DNA of 46,007 bases from an uncultured Acidobacteriota bacterium (GCA_963827655.1 CAWHCF010000027.1:1-46007), one strand, 5' to 3'; positions 19,781-33,263 are shown, counted from the first letter of the stretch. The notes: generated from the letters alone by a model not told the origin. Made by a program: numbers and translations.

Positions 19781-20803
19781 ATGAAGATAATGCGTCTACT
19801 TTCCGTTCTGCTGCTGTTGATAGCGCTCGTCATGATGGAGGCGGGGCTTGGCGGGCAGTTGCCCCCGGATGGCTCTTTTCCTGAGAAACTGCTAGGGGAG
19901 ATGTCCCCATTCCACGTGGCTCTATTCCTTCACGGGGACATCCGCGGCAACTTTGGACCTTGTGGGTGACCGATGAATCCCATGGGTGGATTCGCCCGTC
20001 GGATGAGCTTCTGGAACGCCTTTAAGCGCAAATTCCCGGAACGGTTCTCATTAAGGCTGGACGGAGGTTCCATTTTCGACTCCGCGTCGGCCCAGGCGCC
20101 CCTGGTCAATCGCTGGATACTCGAGGGCACTCTGCGCTCGAACCTCGACGCTCTGAACCTGAGTGCCTGGGATCTTCCCGTCTGGCGGCTGATGGGAGAC
20201 CTGACCGCGGCGGGCCAGCTGTCGAAAGAACTCTTGAACATCGCGCTCGTTTCCGCAAACGTGAAGGCGAAGGTGCCCAATTTTCCGCAAGTTCAGCGCT
20301 ACGTGATCAAGGAATTCAGCTTCGATTCAAACGCGGGCAGCAAAGGTTTTCGGATTGGAATAACCGGATTGCTCTTCGATCCTCAAGAAAGGATTTCGCG
20401 CCAGGACTTTGAAATCCTCGATTATCAGCGGGCCGTCCGCGAGGTGATGGCTGAAATCACCAACAAAACCGACTACCGCGTCATCCTTACCGACATGGAT
20501 ATTGGGAAAGCCATCAGCCTTGCGATCCAGGTGCCGGATATAAACCTGATCCTGGTGGCTCACAATTATGAAGGGGCCTCTGAGCCTCAGCGAGTGGGCG
20601 ATACTCTCATTGTGACTTCGGTCAACGAGGGTCGAGCGATCAGCGAAGTTCGTCTGGGTCTATCAAAGGATTCCGGCAAGGTCGACATCCAAAGCCGTTT
20701 CGTGCAGCTGGACAAAACCGTCCCCGACGACCCTGTCCTGGGAGAACTGGTACGCAAGGCTCAAGCCGAGCTGGACGACTTCAATAAAAGGAGTAGGCAG
20801 TAG
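19781..20803 (+). CDS. Exported UshA-like (5'-nucleotidase-fold) selenoprotein, UGA at 19967-19969 read as Sec (340 aa)
   Basis: Signal peptide, then LHGDIRGNFGPCG-TGA-PMNPMGGFARR in one frame; later LDGGS, VSANV, IGITGL motifs; hairpin directly after the UGA. Confidence 0.82.
19970..20002 (+). promoter_or_regulatory. Candidate bacterial SECIS hairpin
   Basis: CCGA-T-GAATCC-CATGGGT-GGATTC-G-CCCG-TCGG immediately 3' of the in-frame TGA; G-rich apical loop. Confidence 0.55.
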
Positions 20804-20853
20804 GCAGTGAAGAACGCGACATCTTCTGACGCATTGGCCTCGGCGCCTGCCTT

Positions 20854-21138
20854 ATGAAACCTATCGCGAGCATACTTCCTTCAATTTTTCGAGGCTCCCC
20901 GGATCATCGGCTCTGGGTAGTGGCTTGTCTGGAGGGAAGCTGGGAGGAAATCGTGGGTGACGGGATCGCCCGTATATGCCGCCCTTTGAGGCTGGATAAT
21001 TCGAACCTGGTGCTGGAGATACTGGATCCGTCCTGGGAGAGTACGTTAAAGGGCATGGAGCGCGACGTGCTCGAAAAGATCAGGCAGTTCGCCGGCAACG
21101 AGGTCAAACAACTCTCGTTCCGCGTACTTACCGCATAG
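20854..21138 (+). CDS. DUF721/DciA-family protein
   Basis: MKPIASIL..WEEIVGDGIARICRPLRLDNSNLVLEI..W...L. Confidence 0.75.
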   Translation: MKPIASILPSIFRGSPDHRLWVVACLEGSWEEIVGDGIARICRPLRLDNSNLVLEILDPSWESTLKGMERDVLEKIRQFAGNEVKQLSFRVLTA

Positions 21139-21333
21139 AACGGCTGAACCCTTCCGCAGTCGGAGTGAATCTAGTCACTTTGAGCCGTCAATGATATGAT
21201 TCTTGATTCGATACGTCATGTATCTGAAGTGTCGTGACTCTTAGTGTCCCGGTCTTTGCGGTGAACGCCAACAATCGGCGCAGCTCAGCCCCGGGGCCCA
21301 GAGCCTCGAAGAATCGCACTCAGGGAGAGAAGG

Positions 21334-23851
21334 ATGCTTTTGAGTACTGCTGTTCGACGGACTGCGTATGTTCTACTCGCGGGAGTGCTGCTGGCGGGAT
21401 TCGCCAGCGAGGCCCGTGGCCAGAAGCGCGTTTTCGCCAGGGTGGAGCCCGAGGCGCTGTCGTTCGACGTGAATATCGATGGAAGCGATAATATCGCTCC
21501 CAACATCATCATTTCGGCAGATGGCAAGCGCGCTTTTGTGGCGTATACGGGTTCCGGCGTCATTCTGGTGTTTTCGAGTGAGAACGGCGAGATTCTTAAC
21601 CGCATTCAGACCGGTGGCAAACCTTACTACATCACGCCTCTCGCGGACCAGCGCTCACTTGGCCGCCGTCTCCGTCCAGGATAACCGGGTATTTGTTATC
21701 GACCCGGATTCCAGCAGCGTGACCGCCTTCTCGTTTACCGGCGCGCAGTTTGGTTTCGGCAGCGTTCCAAGTCTGTCTCCCGACGGCACTGTGGGCTACA
21801 TTTCCTCGACCGGCACCGGAGAGTTGATCAAGTTCGCAATTTCGGATGGCCGGGAACTCGGCCGCCTCGGGGGGTTTCAGGGCCCCGCGCAGATCACGGT
21901 ATCGAAAGACGGCGGCCTCCTCATGGTGGTAGACACCATCAAGGAAGAACTCGCTTTCGTCGACTCCTCTTCGCTGACCAGGCGCAATGCACTGTCGGGG
22001 ACACCATTTGTTACAAACTTTACCCTCTTTAACAAGGCAGTCCTCTCTCCGGACGGCAGCACGGCGATCATCGGCAGTCGAGATAACAACGGTCTCCTGG
22101 GTGCGGACACCATCTTCTATTTCAGCGTGTCCACAGGCGAGGTCATTGCAACGGCAACCATGGGATCGGAACCGGGCTATGCGTCTCTGACTCCGGATGG
22201 CCAGTACTGGGTCATACTGAATCAATTCAGCGTAAGCGTCATCAGCACACAGGATTTCAATGTCCGGCGCGACATGCAGTCGGCTCTGGGAGAGCTGCTG
22301 GCCTCAGCCAATCTGATTTTTTCGCCGGATTCGCGCTACGTTTTCTATTCATCTTCTGCCGCGGACCTGGTATTCCAGCACGATCTCTGGACCACGTCGG
22401 TTGTGGCGCAAATTCCATTGGGGGATGACCCCAACTACGCGCTGGACCAGACGTCGACGCTTGCCATGACGCCTGACGGGAAAACCATCGCCGCCGTGAA
22501 TTTCATCAGCAACAATATTGAGTTGCTGGCCGATGCGTGGGTAATGGATTCGGCCAAATTTGTCAACTCCGCGGACAATTTCACCGGACTGAGTCTGATA
22601 AATCTGGCGCCGGGGCCTACTACTTTCCGGATCACGGCTCTGGACAACTTCGGCCAGCTCATAACTGGAGAAGGCGTGTCGAATCCGTTCGACTGGGAAC
22701 TCCCGGCTGATACTCAGATTTCATTGTCGATGGCTGAGCTATTCGGGTTTGACAGCACGGAACGTCTTGGCTGGATTACGATCCGCTCCGATCGACCGGA
22801 GGTTGCTGGATACGTTTCAACCGGCGACACCAACCTCACTCGGCGCGACGGAGTTCCCCTGTTCCGGAAGCCGTTGTTTGAATGGATCATGCCTGAAATC
22901 GTGAAAAGAGAGGGAGCGGCGACGGAACTCAACATTGTCAATCCGTACTACAACCAGACTTCCTACACGACCGATCGAGTGCTCAAAGATGGCACGGTCG
23001 AAGAGGTGCAAAGCAACAACACTGCGTTTCCGACCAACCGGCACGCCCGGACCTTCGGCGATACTTTTGTGAGTCCTGACGATGTCACCGATGGGTACCT
23101 GAGGATGAGTGCGGGACAGGGCCTGTTGTTCACCGAGTTCTTCGGAGGAGAAGGTTCCGTCGGTGCTCTTAACGGCATCGATATGGAGCGGTATGGCGGA
23201 GTTACGAAGATCTACTCACCTCAGTTCGCGATCGTCCCAGGGTTTAAAACCATGCTGAACGTCATTAACGCCAACGAGGAGGACGCGGAGGTCACCATCA
23301 CGCTTCACCGTGAGGACGGCACGGTGATTGGCGAACCTTACAAAAGGACCCTGGTGAAGGGGGAACAGATCAAAGACGATCTGGCCGAAATCTTCAAGGA
23401 ACAGCCGGACGTAAGGGATGTGACCGGCTGGCTCGAGGTCGAAAGCACCCGTGATCGCATCGTGGGGACCATCACTTTCACCAATGAGGAGCAGGTTTTC
23501 CTGACCAGTTTTGAGCTTAGCGCCGTGGCGGAGCCCCGCCTTCTCTTCCCGATGCTGGCTCACGACGAAACCTACCAGACCGGGGTCGCTCTGCTCAATC
23601 CGAATCCCGAGCCGGCGGCGGTGACAGTTGAAGTCTGGGGCCCGGGAGGAACCAGAGATCGTTCAACCAGCCTCGTGTTACCCGCCAATGGCAGTACGTC
23701 ATTCTACCTGGACAACTACTTTCCGACTCTGGAGCCTCGCCTGGTGGGCAACCTGCGGGTGCGTTCGGACCAGCCGCTACACGGGTTTGCGCTCATCAAC
23801 GACCGCAACTTGACGCTTATGGCGGCGGTACCGGCAATTGCTCTACGGTAG
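21334..23851 (+). pseudogene. Exported YVTN/YncE-like beta-propeller protein with repeated C-terminal beta-sandwich modules; +1 frameshift near 21660 (possible sequencing error)
   Basis: Signal peptide in ORF 21334; SADGKRAFVA, SPDG/TPDG blades; TGLSLIN/TELNIVN/TMLNVIN/TGVALLN repeats in ORF 21479..23851. Confidence 0.75.
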
Positions 23852-24026
23852 CGCCGGCGTCAGGCTTGACCTTGGAGTGCGTCAAACTTGACTGTCGACT
23901 CCTTAGTCTCGCGATCGCTTCGCCTGCCGCCCTCCCGAGCACTCACTTAGGCCTTCGGCCCGATAACGACGCGAGGACTCGGAGCATACCGGCTACTGTC
24001 TGAATCGCAGAGGCCTGACACCACGC

Positions 24027-24055
24027 TTGCAAGACCCCGGCCTCTGTGCTATTTT
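24027..24055 (+). promoter_or_regulatory. rpsO promoter
   Basis: TTGCAA-17 bp-TATTTT with TGn extension; AGGAGG RBS before the TTG start. Confidence 0.55.
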
Positions 24056-24089
24056 TCCTCTTTGCCTTCAGGATCCGTAGGAGGATCGT

Positions 24090-24359
24090 TTGCCGCTCAC
24101 TCGGGAACATAAGACCCAGATTGTAGGGACCTATCAGACTCATTCCACCGACACGGGTTCTCCCGAGGTTCAGATTGCCATCTTGAGCGAAAGGATCAAT
24201 TACCTGACGGGTCATTTCAAGGTTCATGCGAAGGACCATCATTCCCGCAGGGGACTCTTGAAAATGGTGGGCAAGCGGCGCCGCCTCCTGGACTATTTAA
24301 AGTCCAAAGACGTCGCGCGTTACCGCGTCGTCATCGAGAAGCTTGGAATCCGAAAGTAA
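24090..24359 (+). CDS. rpsO: 30S ribosomal protein S15
   Basis: [37 protein letters not shown]. Confidence 0.98.
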   Translation: MPLTREHKTQIVGTYQTHSTDTGSPEVQIAILSERINYLTGHFKVHAKDHHSRRGLLKMVGKRRRLLDYLKSKDVARYRVVIEKLGIRK

Positions 24360-24580
24360 TCGCGTATTGCTGCCCGACAGGCGTCGACGGAAAGGCCGTA
24401 TTGCTCTATCACGACTGCCTTCCTCTGTCTCTCACGATTCCGTGGGCCTCGCCGAAAAGCATCACAGGGCCGGTTCCGTCAGGATCGATCAGCAGTAAGT
24501 CTGTTTTCGTTAACTTTCGTAGAAAGATAAAGATCGACTCGAAGCGCGGCAGGTAACACCAGTAGTACAGCTGAGTTTCT

Positions 24581-24693
24581 TGGGCGTGAGTTGTGTGTAT
24601 TATGAGTTATGAGTTAATGATTACCAATCCTCGCAGAGGCGACTAATCCTTAACTCAGGACTCATAGTCATAATTCCCATCTAACTCCGCCCA
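24581..24693. repeat. Imperfect hairpin with TTATGAG/ACTCATA-type heptamer periodicity upstream of pnp
   Basis: TGGGCGTGAGTT..TTATGAGTTATGAGTTA / TAACTCAGGACTCATAGTCATAA..AACTCCGCCCA. Confidence 0.65.
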
Positions 24694-24735
24694 GCGTTCT
24701 TTCCTGCGACGATTCACAGTATTTGGAGGCTAAAC

Positions 24736-26949
24736 ATGAGCTATAGAGTTTCTGCCGAGGTCGGAGGGCTCGAGTTTTCTATCGAGATGGGAAAAGTTGC
24801 CAAGCAGGCGGATGGCGCCGCTTACGTGTCGTACGGAGATACGGTAATCCTTGCGACGGCTTGCGCCCAGAAAGAGCCTCGCACAGGAGTAGACTTCTTT
24901 CCCTTGACGGTTGATTACCGAGAGAACACCTATGCCGCGGGCAAAATACCCGGCGGCTTCTTCAAGCGCGAAGGCAGGCCGACCGAAAAGGAAACCCTGA
25001 CTTGCCGATTGATAGATCGGCCACTGCGCCCCCTGTTCCCTGAGGGCTACAACTGCGAGACCCAGATCGTGGCGCTGGTGCTTTCAGCCGACAAGGAAAA
25101 CGACCCCGACATCATGAGCATAACCGGGGCTTCCGCCGCGCTCTATTGTTCTTCGATTCCGTTCGACACTCCAGTGGCGGCGGTTCGGGTTGGACTGGAT
25201 AACGGCAATTTTGTCATCAATCCGCGGATCAGCGCCTTGAAAGACAGCAGCCTCAACCTGACGGTTGCCGGAACCGAAGATGCGATCGTGATGGTCGAAG
25301 CCGGGGCGAATGAGATCCCGGAGGAACAGATGGTGGAAGCGCTCGATTTTGCCCACGGCATCATCCGCAAGTTGATCGAGCTTCAGAAGGAGCTTTACCG
25401 GCAGATCAACCCGACGAAGCGCGAGGTGATCAAGCCCTCGTTCGATAAGGCTGAATACGAAAGGATTCAGGAGAAGTATTCTCAGAGTATCTCGGAGGCG
25501 CTGCACCTCAAGGGCAAGCTGGTCAGCTATGCGCGGGTCGATGAATTGAAGGAAGAGGTCATCGAGTCTGTTCCGGAAGAGGAAGTCGAGCGTCGAGCCC
25601 AGGCCGGACGAATTTTCCATCATCTCATGGAGTCGATCTTCCGAAAGGAGATCTTGCAGGACCAGCTCCGGCCGGACGGCCGCCGGTTCAACGAGATTCG
25701 GCCCATCAACATCGAGGTCTCGGTTCTTCCTCGAACTCACGGCTCGGCCCTTTTTACTCGGGGTGAAACTCAAGCGCTGGTAACCGCGACTCTGGGGACG
25801 GCCGACGACGAACAGCGCATGGACACTCTGGAGGGAGAATCCTTCAAGCGTTTCATGCTTCACTACAATTTCCCGCCTTTCAGCGTGGGGGAGGTCAAGT
25901 TCCTGCGCGGGCCGGGCCGGCGCGAGATCGGGCATGGCGCTTTGGCCGAACGGAGCATCGGATCGGTGATGCCTGGTGAGGAGGCTTTCCCGTATACGGT
26001 GCGGGTGGTGGCGGATATTCTCGAGAGCAACGGCTCTTCTTCCATGGCGACGGTCTGCGGTGGAGTCCTGGCCTTGATGGACGCCGGCGTTCCGATTAAG
26101 GCGCCGGTTGCGGGTGTGGCGATGGGGTTGGTCAAGGAAGGCGAGAAGTACGCTATTCTGACCGACATCGCCGGCGCCGAGGATCACTATGGCGACATGG
26201 ACTTCAAAGTGGCCGGGACCGAGAGAGGGATTACCGGCCTCCAGATGGATATCAAGGTCGGCGGGATCACGCGCGGCATCATGGCTGAGGCTCTGGCCCA
26301 GGCGAGGGAGGGACGTGTTTATATCCTGCAAAAAATGGCCGAGGCGCTGGCCTCACCCCGACCGGAGATATCGCCCTACGCTCCGCGCATCATTACCATT
26401 CAAATACCCAAGGATAAGATCGGCGGCGTCATTGGAACCGGCGGCAAGGTAATCCGGGGGATTATCGAGCAGACCGGGGTCAAGATCGACATTGACGACG
26501 ACGGCAAGGTCAATATCGCCTCGACGGACACGGAATCGGCCCAAAAGGCAATTCGGATCATCAACGATCTGGTCATGGAAGCGGAAGTGGGCAAGACCTA
26601 CCTTGGGACGATCACTCGTCTGGTAGATTTCGGCGCCTTTGTCGAGATCTTTCCGGGAACCGAGGGCCTGCTTCATATTTCGGAAGTGGCCGATTATCGG
26701 GTCAAGGACATCAACGACGAGTTGAAAGTGGGCGAGAAGATCCTGGTGAAGGTGCTCAGCATCGAACCGCCCAACAAGATCCGCTTGAGCCGCAAAGCTG
26801 TCCTGCGAGAGGCCGCCGGGCTTCCGCCGGAGGAGCCAAGCGAGCGGCCTCCGCGCCGTGAATTTCACGATCGAGGCCGAGGCGGCCCGCCGCGCGATCG
26901 GGATCGGGATCGGAGTAGAAACCGCGGTGGCGGCGGCAGGCGATTCTGA
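24736..26949 (+). CDS. pnp: Polyribonucleotide nucleotidyltransferase
   Basis: FFPLTVDY, GKIPGGFFKREGRP, HGSALFTRGETQ, RREIGHG, SNGSSSMA, GDMDFKVAGT, KH and S1 domains. Confidence 0.98.
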   Translation: MSYRVSAEVGGLEFSIEMGKVAKQADGAAYVSYGDTVILATACAQKEPRTGVDFFPLTVDYRENTYAAGKIPGGFFKREGRPTEKETLTCRLIDRPLRPLFPEGYNCETQIVALVLSADKENDPDIMSITGASAALYCSSIPFDTPVAAVRVGLDNGNFVINPRISALKDSSLNLTVAGTEDAIVMVEAGANEIPEEQMVEALDFAHGIIRKLIELQKELYRQINPTKREVIKPSFDKAEYERIQEKYSQSISEALHLKGKLVSYARVDELKEEVIESVPEEEVERRAQAGRIFHHLMESIFRKEILQDQLRPDGRRFNEIRPINIEVSVLPRTHGSALFTRGETQALVTATLGTADDEQRMDTLEGESFKRFMLHYNFPPFSVGEVKFLRGPGRREIGHGALAERSIGSVMPGEEAFPYTVRVVADILESNGSSSMATVCGGVLALMDAGVPIKAPVAGVAMGLVKEGEKYAILTDIAGAEDHYGDMDFKVAGTERGITGLQMDIKVGGITRGIMAEALAQAREGRVYILQKMAEALASPRPEISPYAPRIITIQIPKDKIGGVIGTGGKVIRGIIEQTGVKIDIDDDGKVNIASTDTESAQKAIRIINDLVMEAEVGKTYLGTITRLVDFGAFVEIFPGTEGLLHISEVADYRVKDINDELKVGEKILVKVLSIEPPNKIRLSRKAVLREAAGLPPEEPSERPPRREFHDRGRGGPPRDRDRDRSRNRGGGGRRF

Positions 26950-27254
26950 GTGAAGTCGGGACCAATCTACCGCGAAGACGCTAAGGCGTTGCGCGACAAC
27001 CTGAACGACAAGTGTCACACTAATCTGCTGCTCGCAGCTCCGAAGGGCGCGACCCTGAGGGTGCCAGACTACGCAGCCAAGAGAAAACAAGGTTCAAAAT
27101 TGATCACCGACTCTCGCGCCGGAATGCGAAGTTATTTCTGCGCGAGCCCTGAGGTTCGTTCGACGGGACTTCGGCCCCGAACGAAAGCGCCCCCTTGTGA
27201 ACGACAACGTATGGTTTGAACGTTTCACTAAGCGCCTGAGAATCGCCACTCCAC

Positions 27255-28013
27255 ATGAATCGGCAAAACCTCATCGCCCTTCTGGAAGCGGTTCACCAGG
27301 GGAAGCTTACGCCCAAACAGGGGGTCAAACGTCTCGAACACCTCCCTTTTGAAGACCTCGGGTTTGCCCGCGTAGATCATCACAGGACCCTGCGCCAGGG
27401 CTTTCCCGAAGTCGTCTTCGGTCTCGACAAGAAGCCCGAACATGTCGCCGCAATCGTTCGAAGCTTGCTTCCCTACAAGACAAACGTCCTGGTGACACGC
27501 TGCACCCGCAGAGTCTTCGCCCGGATCAAGCGCGTGACGGTAAAGGCCCGGTATCATGACGCGGCGCAGGCGGCGAGCATTACTCAGGATTCCAGCCTGT
27601 ACGGAGCCGGCGTCATCCATGTGGTGTGTGCCGGGACGTCCGACATCCCGGTCGCCGAAGAGGCCGCGTTAACCGCCCGCCTGATGGGGAACACCGTTCA
27701 AACCACTTTCGACGTCGGGGTTGCAGGCATCCACCGGCTGTTGAGCGTGCGCGAGGCTCTGGCTGCCGCTCGTGTGATTGTCGTCGTGGCGGGCATGGAG
27801 GGAGCGCTTCCGAGTGTGGTGGGCGGAATGGTCAGCGTTCCGGTGATTGCGGTTCCGACCAGCGTTGGTTATGGCGCTTCATTCGGAGGCATGACCGCGT
27901 TGCTTGCGATGCTGAATAGCTGCGCCTCGAACGTGACCGTGGTGAACATCGACAATGGTTTTGGGGCCGGATTTGTGGCCAGTCTGATCAACCGTAAAAA
28001 ATTGACCGATTGA
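27255..28013 (+). CDS. larB: Nickel-pincer cofactor biosynthesis protein LarB (AIR carboxylase-like)
   Basis: [64 protein letters not shown]. Confidence 0.92.
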   Translation: MNRQNLIALLEAVHQGKLTPKQGVKRLEHLPFEDLGFARVDHHRTLRQGFPEVVFGLDKKPEHVAAIVRSLLPYKTNVLVTRCTRRVFARIKRVTVKARYHDAAQAASITQDSSLYGAGVIHVVCAGTSDIPVAEEAALTARLMGNTVQTTFDVGVAGIHRLLSVREALAAARVIVVVAGMEGALPSVVGGMVSVPVIAVPTSVGYGASFGGMTALLAMLNSCASNVTVVNIDNGFGAGFVASLINRKKLTD

Positions 28014-28064
28014 ATTATTGACTCATCGAGTTGTTGACTTAATAATTCAATGACTCAGTCGTCA
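28001..28064. repeat. Octamer-period repeat hairpin overlapping the larB stop
   Basis: ATTGACCG ATTGAATT ATTGACTC ATCGAGTT GTTGACTT then AATAATTC AATGACTC; perfect 11-bp IR 28009-28019/28041-28051. Confidence 0.65.
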
Positions 28065-28262
28065 AATAAGCAACCAGACAAGGGCTGGGTCCTGGATAAC
28101 TCGACAATGGACAGACGGTATGAGCGCTGAAGCGTAAAACCTCTGGCTTTGTCGGCTGAGTTGTCGGTCGTATCTTGTGGTTTTGAATTTCACGAACGGG
28201 AATGAACTCTCGCAGACCCGCGTTGCGGTCTGAGTGAACCAATCTGTTCGGCGGCGGACTCT

Positions 28263-30044
28263 ATGCCCCTGTTCACGGATGGACTTCTTGACGAAGTCCG
28301 GAATTCCGTCAACATCGTGTCGCTTATTTCCGAGTACGTGGCTCTCAGAAAGCGCGGGCGGAATCACGTGGCGCGGTGTCCCTTCCATGCCGAGAAGACG
28401 CCCTCTTTCAACGTCAACGAGGAGAAGCAGATTTTCCACTGTTTCGGCTGCGGAGTCGGCGGAGATGCCTTCAAGTTCATGATGATGGCAGAGCATCTCT
28501 CCTTTCCGGAGGCAGTGCGTCTTCTGGCTGAGCGTCATGGCATCACCATTCCTCAAAATCTTCCGTCCGCCGGGGGCCAGTCGGGTGACGCCGATCTTGA
28601 CGTACTTCGCAAGGCGATGACCGAAGCGGCGGCCTTCTACCATCATCAGCTGGTTGACGCGGAGGACGGGCAAAGCTCGCTTTCCTACCTTCAGGGAAGA
28701 GGGGTGACCCGCGAGACCATCGAGCGCTTTCACCTCGGCTACTCTCCGGCCCGTGGAGACACGCTGATCCAGCACCTGCTCAAAAAAGGTCTTTCCGTCA
28801 AGAATCTCGAGGAGTGCGGCCTGGCCAAGCGGTCCGACGACGGTTACCGCCACTACGATGCTTTCCGCAATCGCGTGATGTTTCCGATCACCGACATCCA
28901 GGGCAGGGTCATCGCTTTCGGCGGGCGCGCGCTAGGTGACAGCCAGCCGAAGTATTTGAATTCCCCGGAGACCAGGCTCTATAATAAAAGCCGGAATCTC
29001 TACGGGCTGAGCTTGGCCCGTGAGGGAATCAAACGAACGGATTTTGCCATCCTGGTAGAGGGATACATGGATCTGATCGTCCCCTACCAGTCCGGCATTG
29101 ATAATGTCGTGGCTTCGCTGGGGACCAGCCTTACCCCCCAACAGGTAAAGTTGCTGGGTCGGTATACCCGCGAGGTAGTGGTAAACTACGATCCAGATTC
29201 AGCAGGCATCGCAGCGACGCAGAGGTCGCTCGATTTGTTTTTGGAGGAGGATTTCAGGGTCAAGGTGCTCCGGTTGCCCGACGGTCAGGATCCCGATGCT
29301 TTCATCAGGAAATCGGGGGCAGCGGAATACCGGAACCGCCTGCGCGAATCAACTTCTTACCTGGACTTCGTGCTTGAAACGGCGGTACGAGGCCAGGGCA
29401 CGATGGATAGTCCAAGAAACAAAATACAGGTGCTTAACGCGGTGTTGCCCTATCTGGCGAAGCTGCCCAACGCCGTCGAGCGATCCGATTACGTTTTCCA
29501 GTTCGCCCGGAAACTCCGGATCGAGGACAAGCTGTTGCTGGCCGAAGTGAGAAAGGCGGCCCAGCAGAAGCGAACTCAATTACCGGAGGCTCGCATCGTC
29601 TCTGTTGGGGCGATGAAGTTCGCCGAGAAAAGGCTGCTGCAATTGCTGCTGGGAAGCACCGAGCTTCAGTCTCAGATGCTTCCGCGATGTTCGAGTGACG
29701 ATTTTACCGGGCTGGCGACGGAGCGGATATTCGCAGCGGTGCTCGAGGCTTTTGGGAACAGCCAGGTGGCTACTTTCGAACAATTGCATCAGCGCTTTAT
29801 GGACCAGGCCGAACAGACTCTGCTGGCTCAGATCCAGATCGAGGAGGTCCCTGAGAGTCCCACCAGAGAGACCGCCGAGAGTCTTCTCAGTGCTTTGCGC
29901 AGACTCAGATTGCTTTCGTTCAAACAAAAGATCTTGTCGGAAATTGCTGAAGCAGCCCAAAGAAAAGACGAAGAGGTGCTGAACCGGCTCATTGAGCAGC
30001 GCGTTCATTTGGACCGGCAGCTGGTCAGCCTGTCGAGGAAGTAG
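28263..30044 (+). CDS. dnaG: DNA primase
   Basis: [22 protein letters not shown] zinc finger, [33 protein letters not shown]. Confidence 0.97.
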   Translation: MPLFTDGLLDEVRNSVNIVSLISEYVALRKRGRNHVARCPFHAEKTPSFNVNEEKQIFHCFGCGVGGDAFKFMMMAEHLSFPEAVRLLAERHGITIPQNLPSAGGQSGDADLDVLRKAMTEAAAFYHHQLVDAEDGQSSLSYLQGRGVTRETIERFHLGYSPARGDTLIQHLLKKGLSVKNLEECGLAKRSDDGYRHYDAFRNRVMFPITDIQGRVIAFGGRALGDSQPKYLNSPETRLYNKSRNLYGLSLAREGIKRTDFAILVEGYMDLIVPYQSGIDNVVASLGTSLTPQQVKLLGRYTREVVVNYDPDSAGIAATQRSLDLFLEEDFRVKVLRLPDGQDPDAFIRKSGAAEYRNRLRESTSYLDFVLETAVRGQGTMDSPRNKIQVLNAVLPYLAKLPNAVERSDYVFQFARKLRIEDKLLLAEVRKAAQQKRTQLPEARIVSVGAMKFAEKRLLQLLLGSTELQSQMLPRCSSDDFTGLATERIFAAVLEAFGNSQVATFEQLHQRFMDQAEQTLLAQIQIEEVPESPTRETAESLLSALRRLRLLSFKQKILSEIAEAAQRKDEEVLNRLIEQRVHLDRQLVSLSRK

Positions 30045-30063
30045 CGGAAAGGAGACGCTGAGT

Positions 30064-31755
<1,692 letters not shown>

Positions 31756-31793
31756 AACCTGCTATCCGCAATCTGAATCTGCCATCGTGATGT

Positions 31794-31870
31794 GGGCCCA
31801 TAGCTCAGTTGGTTAGAGCAGCTGACTCATAATCAGCGGGTCGCAGGTTCGAGTCCTGCTGGGCCCACCA
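31794..31870 (+). tRNA. tRNA with CAT anticodon, most likely tRNA-Ile2 (lysidine)
   Basis: GGGCCCA acceptor stem, TAGCTCAGTTGGTTAGAGC D arm, GCTGA-CTCATAA-TCAGC, GGTTCGAGTCC, encoded CCA; position after rpoD matches E. coli ileX. Confidence 0.93.
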
Positions 31871-31966
31871 CAAAACAAAAGACTTACAGCCCCGACATCC
31901 CACCTCAAAACCCTCAAAACCGGAAATTGTGCCCATTTTTGTGCCCTAACGCTCCCAAAATTTGTT

Positions 31967-33101
31967 CTAAGACGCGGCTTTCTTGATAGTTGCTGGAGCC
32001 GGCCTGGTGGCGATCGCTTCGAGTGCCTGTCTTTTTGCTTCCGTTCGGATATGCGCGTACCGGGAAAGCATCGTCCGGGACACATGTCCCGCGATCGCCA
32101 TGATGGTTTCGTCAGCGGCGCCGCTCTCGGCAAGTTTCGTTATCGCCGTATGCCTCAGGTCGTGAAAACGGATCGTAACCCCCGCCTTCCTGCGAACGTT
32201 TTTCCACGAGGTTTTGAATGACGAGATGGGGCGATCTGGATGGTACTTCCGGCAATCACCAAACGGGAACACATACAGCTGAGAATCGACCGGGCAGACG
32301 TTGGTTTCGTACCAGGTCTTGTGTTCCGCAAGGGTAGAGAACAGTTCAGCGTTGATCGGAATTGTTCTGCCGGTTCCCGCGCTTGTCTTCGATTTACCCA
32401 CTGTGATGATGCGTTTCAGGAAGTCCACCTGGTTCCATCTGAGCGTCCGGATTTCTGACTCGCGCATCGTGGTGTTCAACGCAAGCATGATCACAGGGCG
32501 AATCGCCGGAGACCGGGTCGACGTCAGGTCCATCTTTTCGCCCTTCATTACTTCGGGCACCCGCGCAGCCTGGAGCAATGCTTCCTCTTCCTCTGGTGTG
32601 AGAGCCTGTCCGCAGTTTTCATTTTTTGGAAGTCGGAGCCTCCTCCCGCGCCTCAACTTCAGGCGTACTGCGTCCCCGATTTCATCCATGATGCGAAGCG
32701 CAAACATCACCTCGGCGTTGATGGTGCTTCCCATGCGCTCCTTCCTTCAGGCGGATGTTCTGATATTCGAGAATGATATCGGGGGTAATTTCTATGAGCA
32801 TCATGTCGCCCATGTGGGCATTGAGATGAGCGAGGCGTTGCTTGAGGTAGCGGACACTGTTCTCAGCGCGCCGCAGGCGATAGTCCCTCAGGAGTCCATC
32901 CGCGGCCTGCGAGAAGTTCTGCACTCGCTTGGTCCGGTCCTCGCCGGCAAGCCCGTTGTATCCCTCCTCCAGCTCGCGCCGGCGCTGCTTTTCAGCTTCC
33001 TTTGCCAGGGTTTTACTCGAAGTCATTGCACTCTGGCGGATAAGTTTGTTCGCGAAGTAAAACTTGTACCACCAGACTCTTCCGCGCTTGAACACGCTCA
33101 T
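31967..33101 (-). pseudogene. Tyrosine recombinase/phage integrase, +1 frameshift near 32726
   Basis: MSVFKRGRVWWYKF N-terminus (GGAGG RBS) joins TINAEV..TTMRESEI..KSKT..FHDLRHT..AGH..RYAH. Confidence 0.9.
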
Positions 33102-33263
33102 TTTGATACCTCCTTTGGGCCCCTGAATTCCTCTTAAGACCAACCGCTTCAATCCATTGCTGCCCGATTGCGCCTCGGGATCGGAATTGATGCGAATGTC
33201 GGGAAGGTTCCGTCCATGGATAGCGGGCCCGAGTCTTTCCATGTCCGGGGTCAAAGCGAATCG

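Noticed and set aside
25084-26331. Long antisense ORFs (also 3918-4940, 28062-28853, 31063-31698, 32301-33137)
   Set aside because: Shadows of GC-rich real genes on the opposite strand
27255-28013. larB without larA/larC/larE as a novel pathway
   Set aside because: Dispersed lar genes are common; the partners may lie elsewhere in the genome
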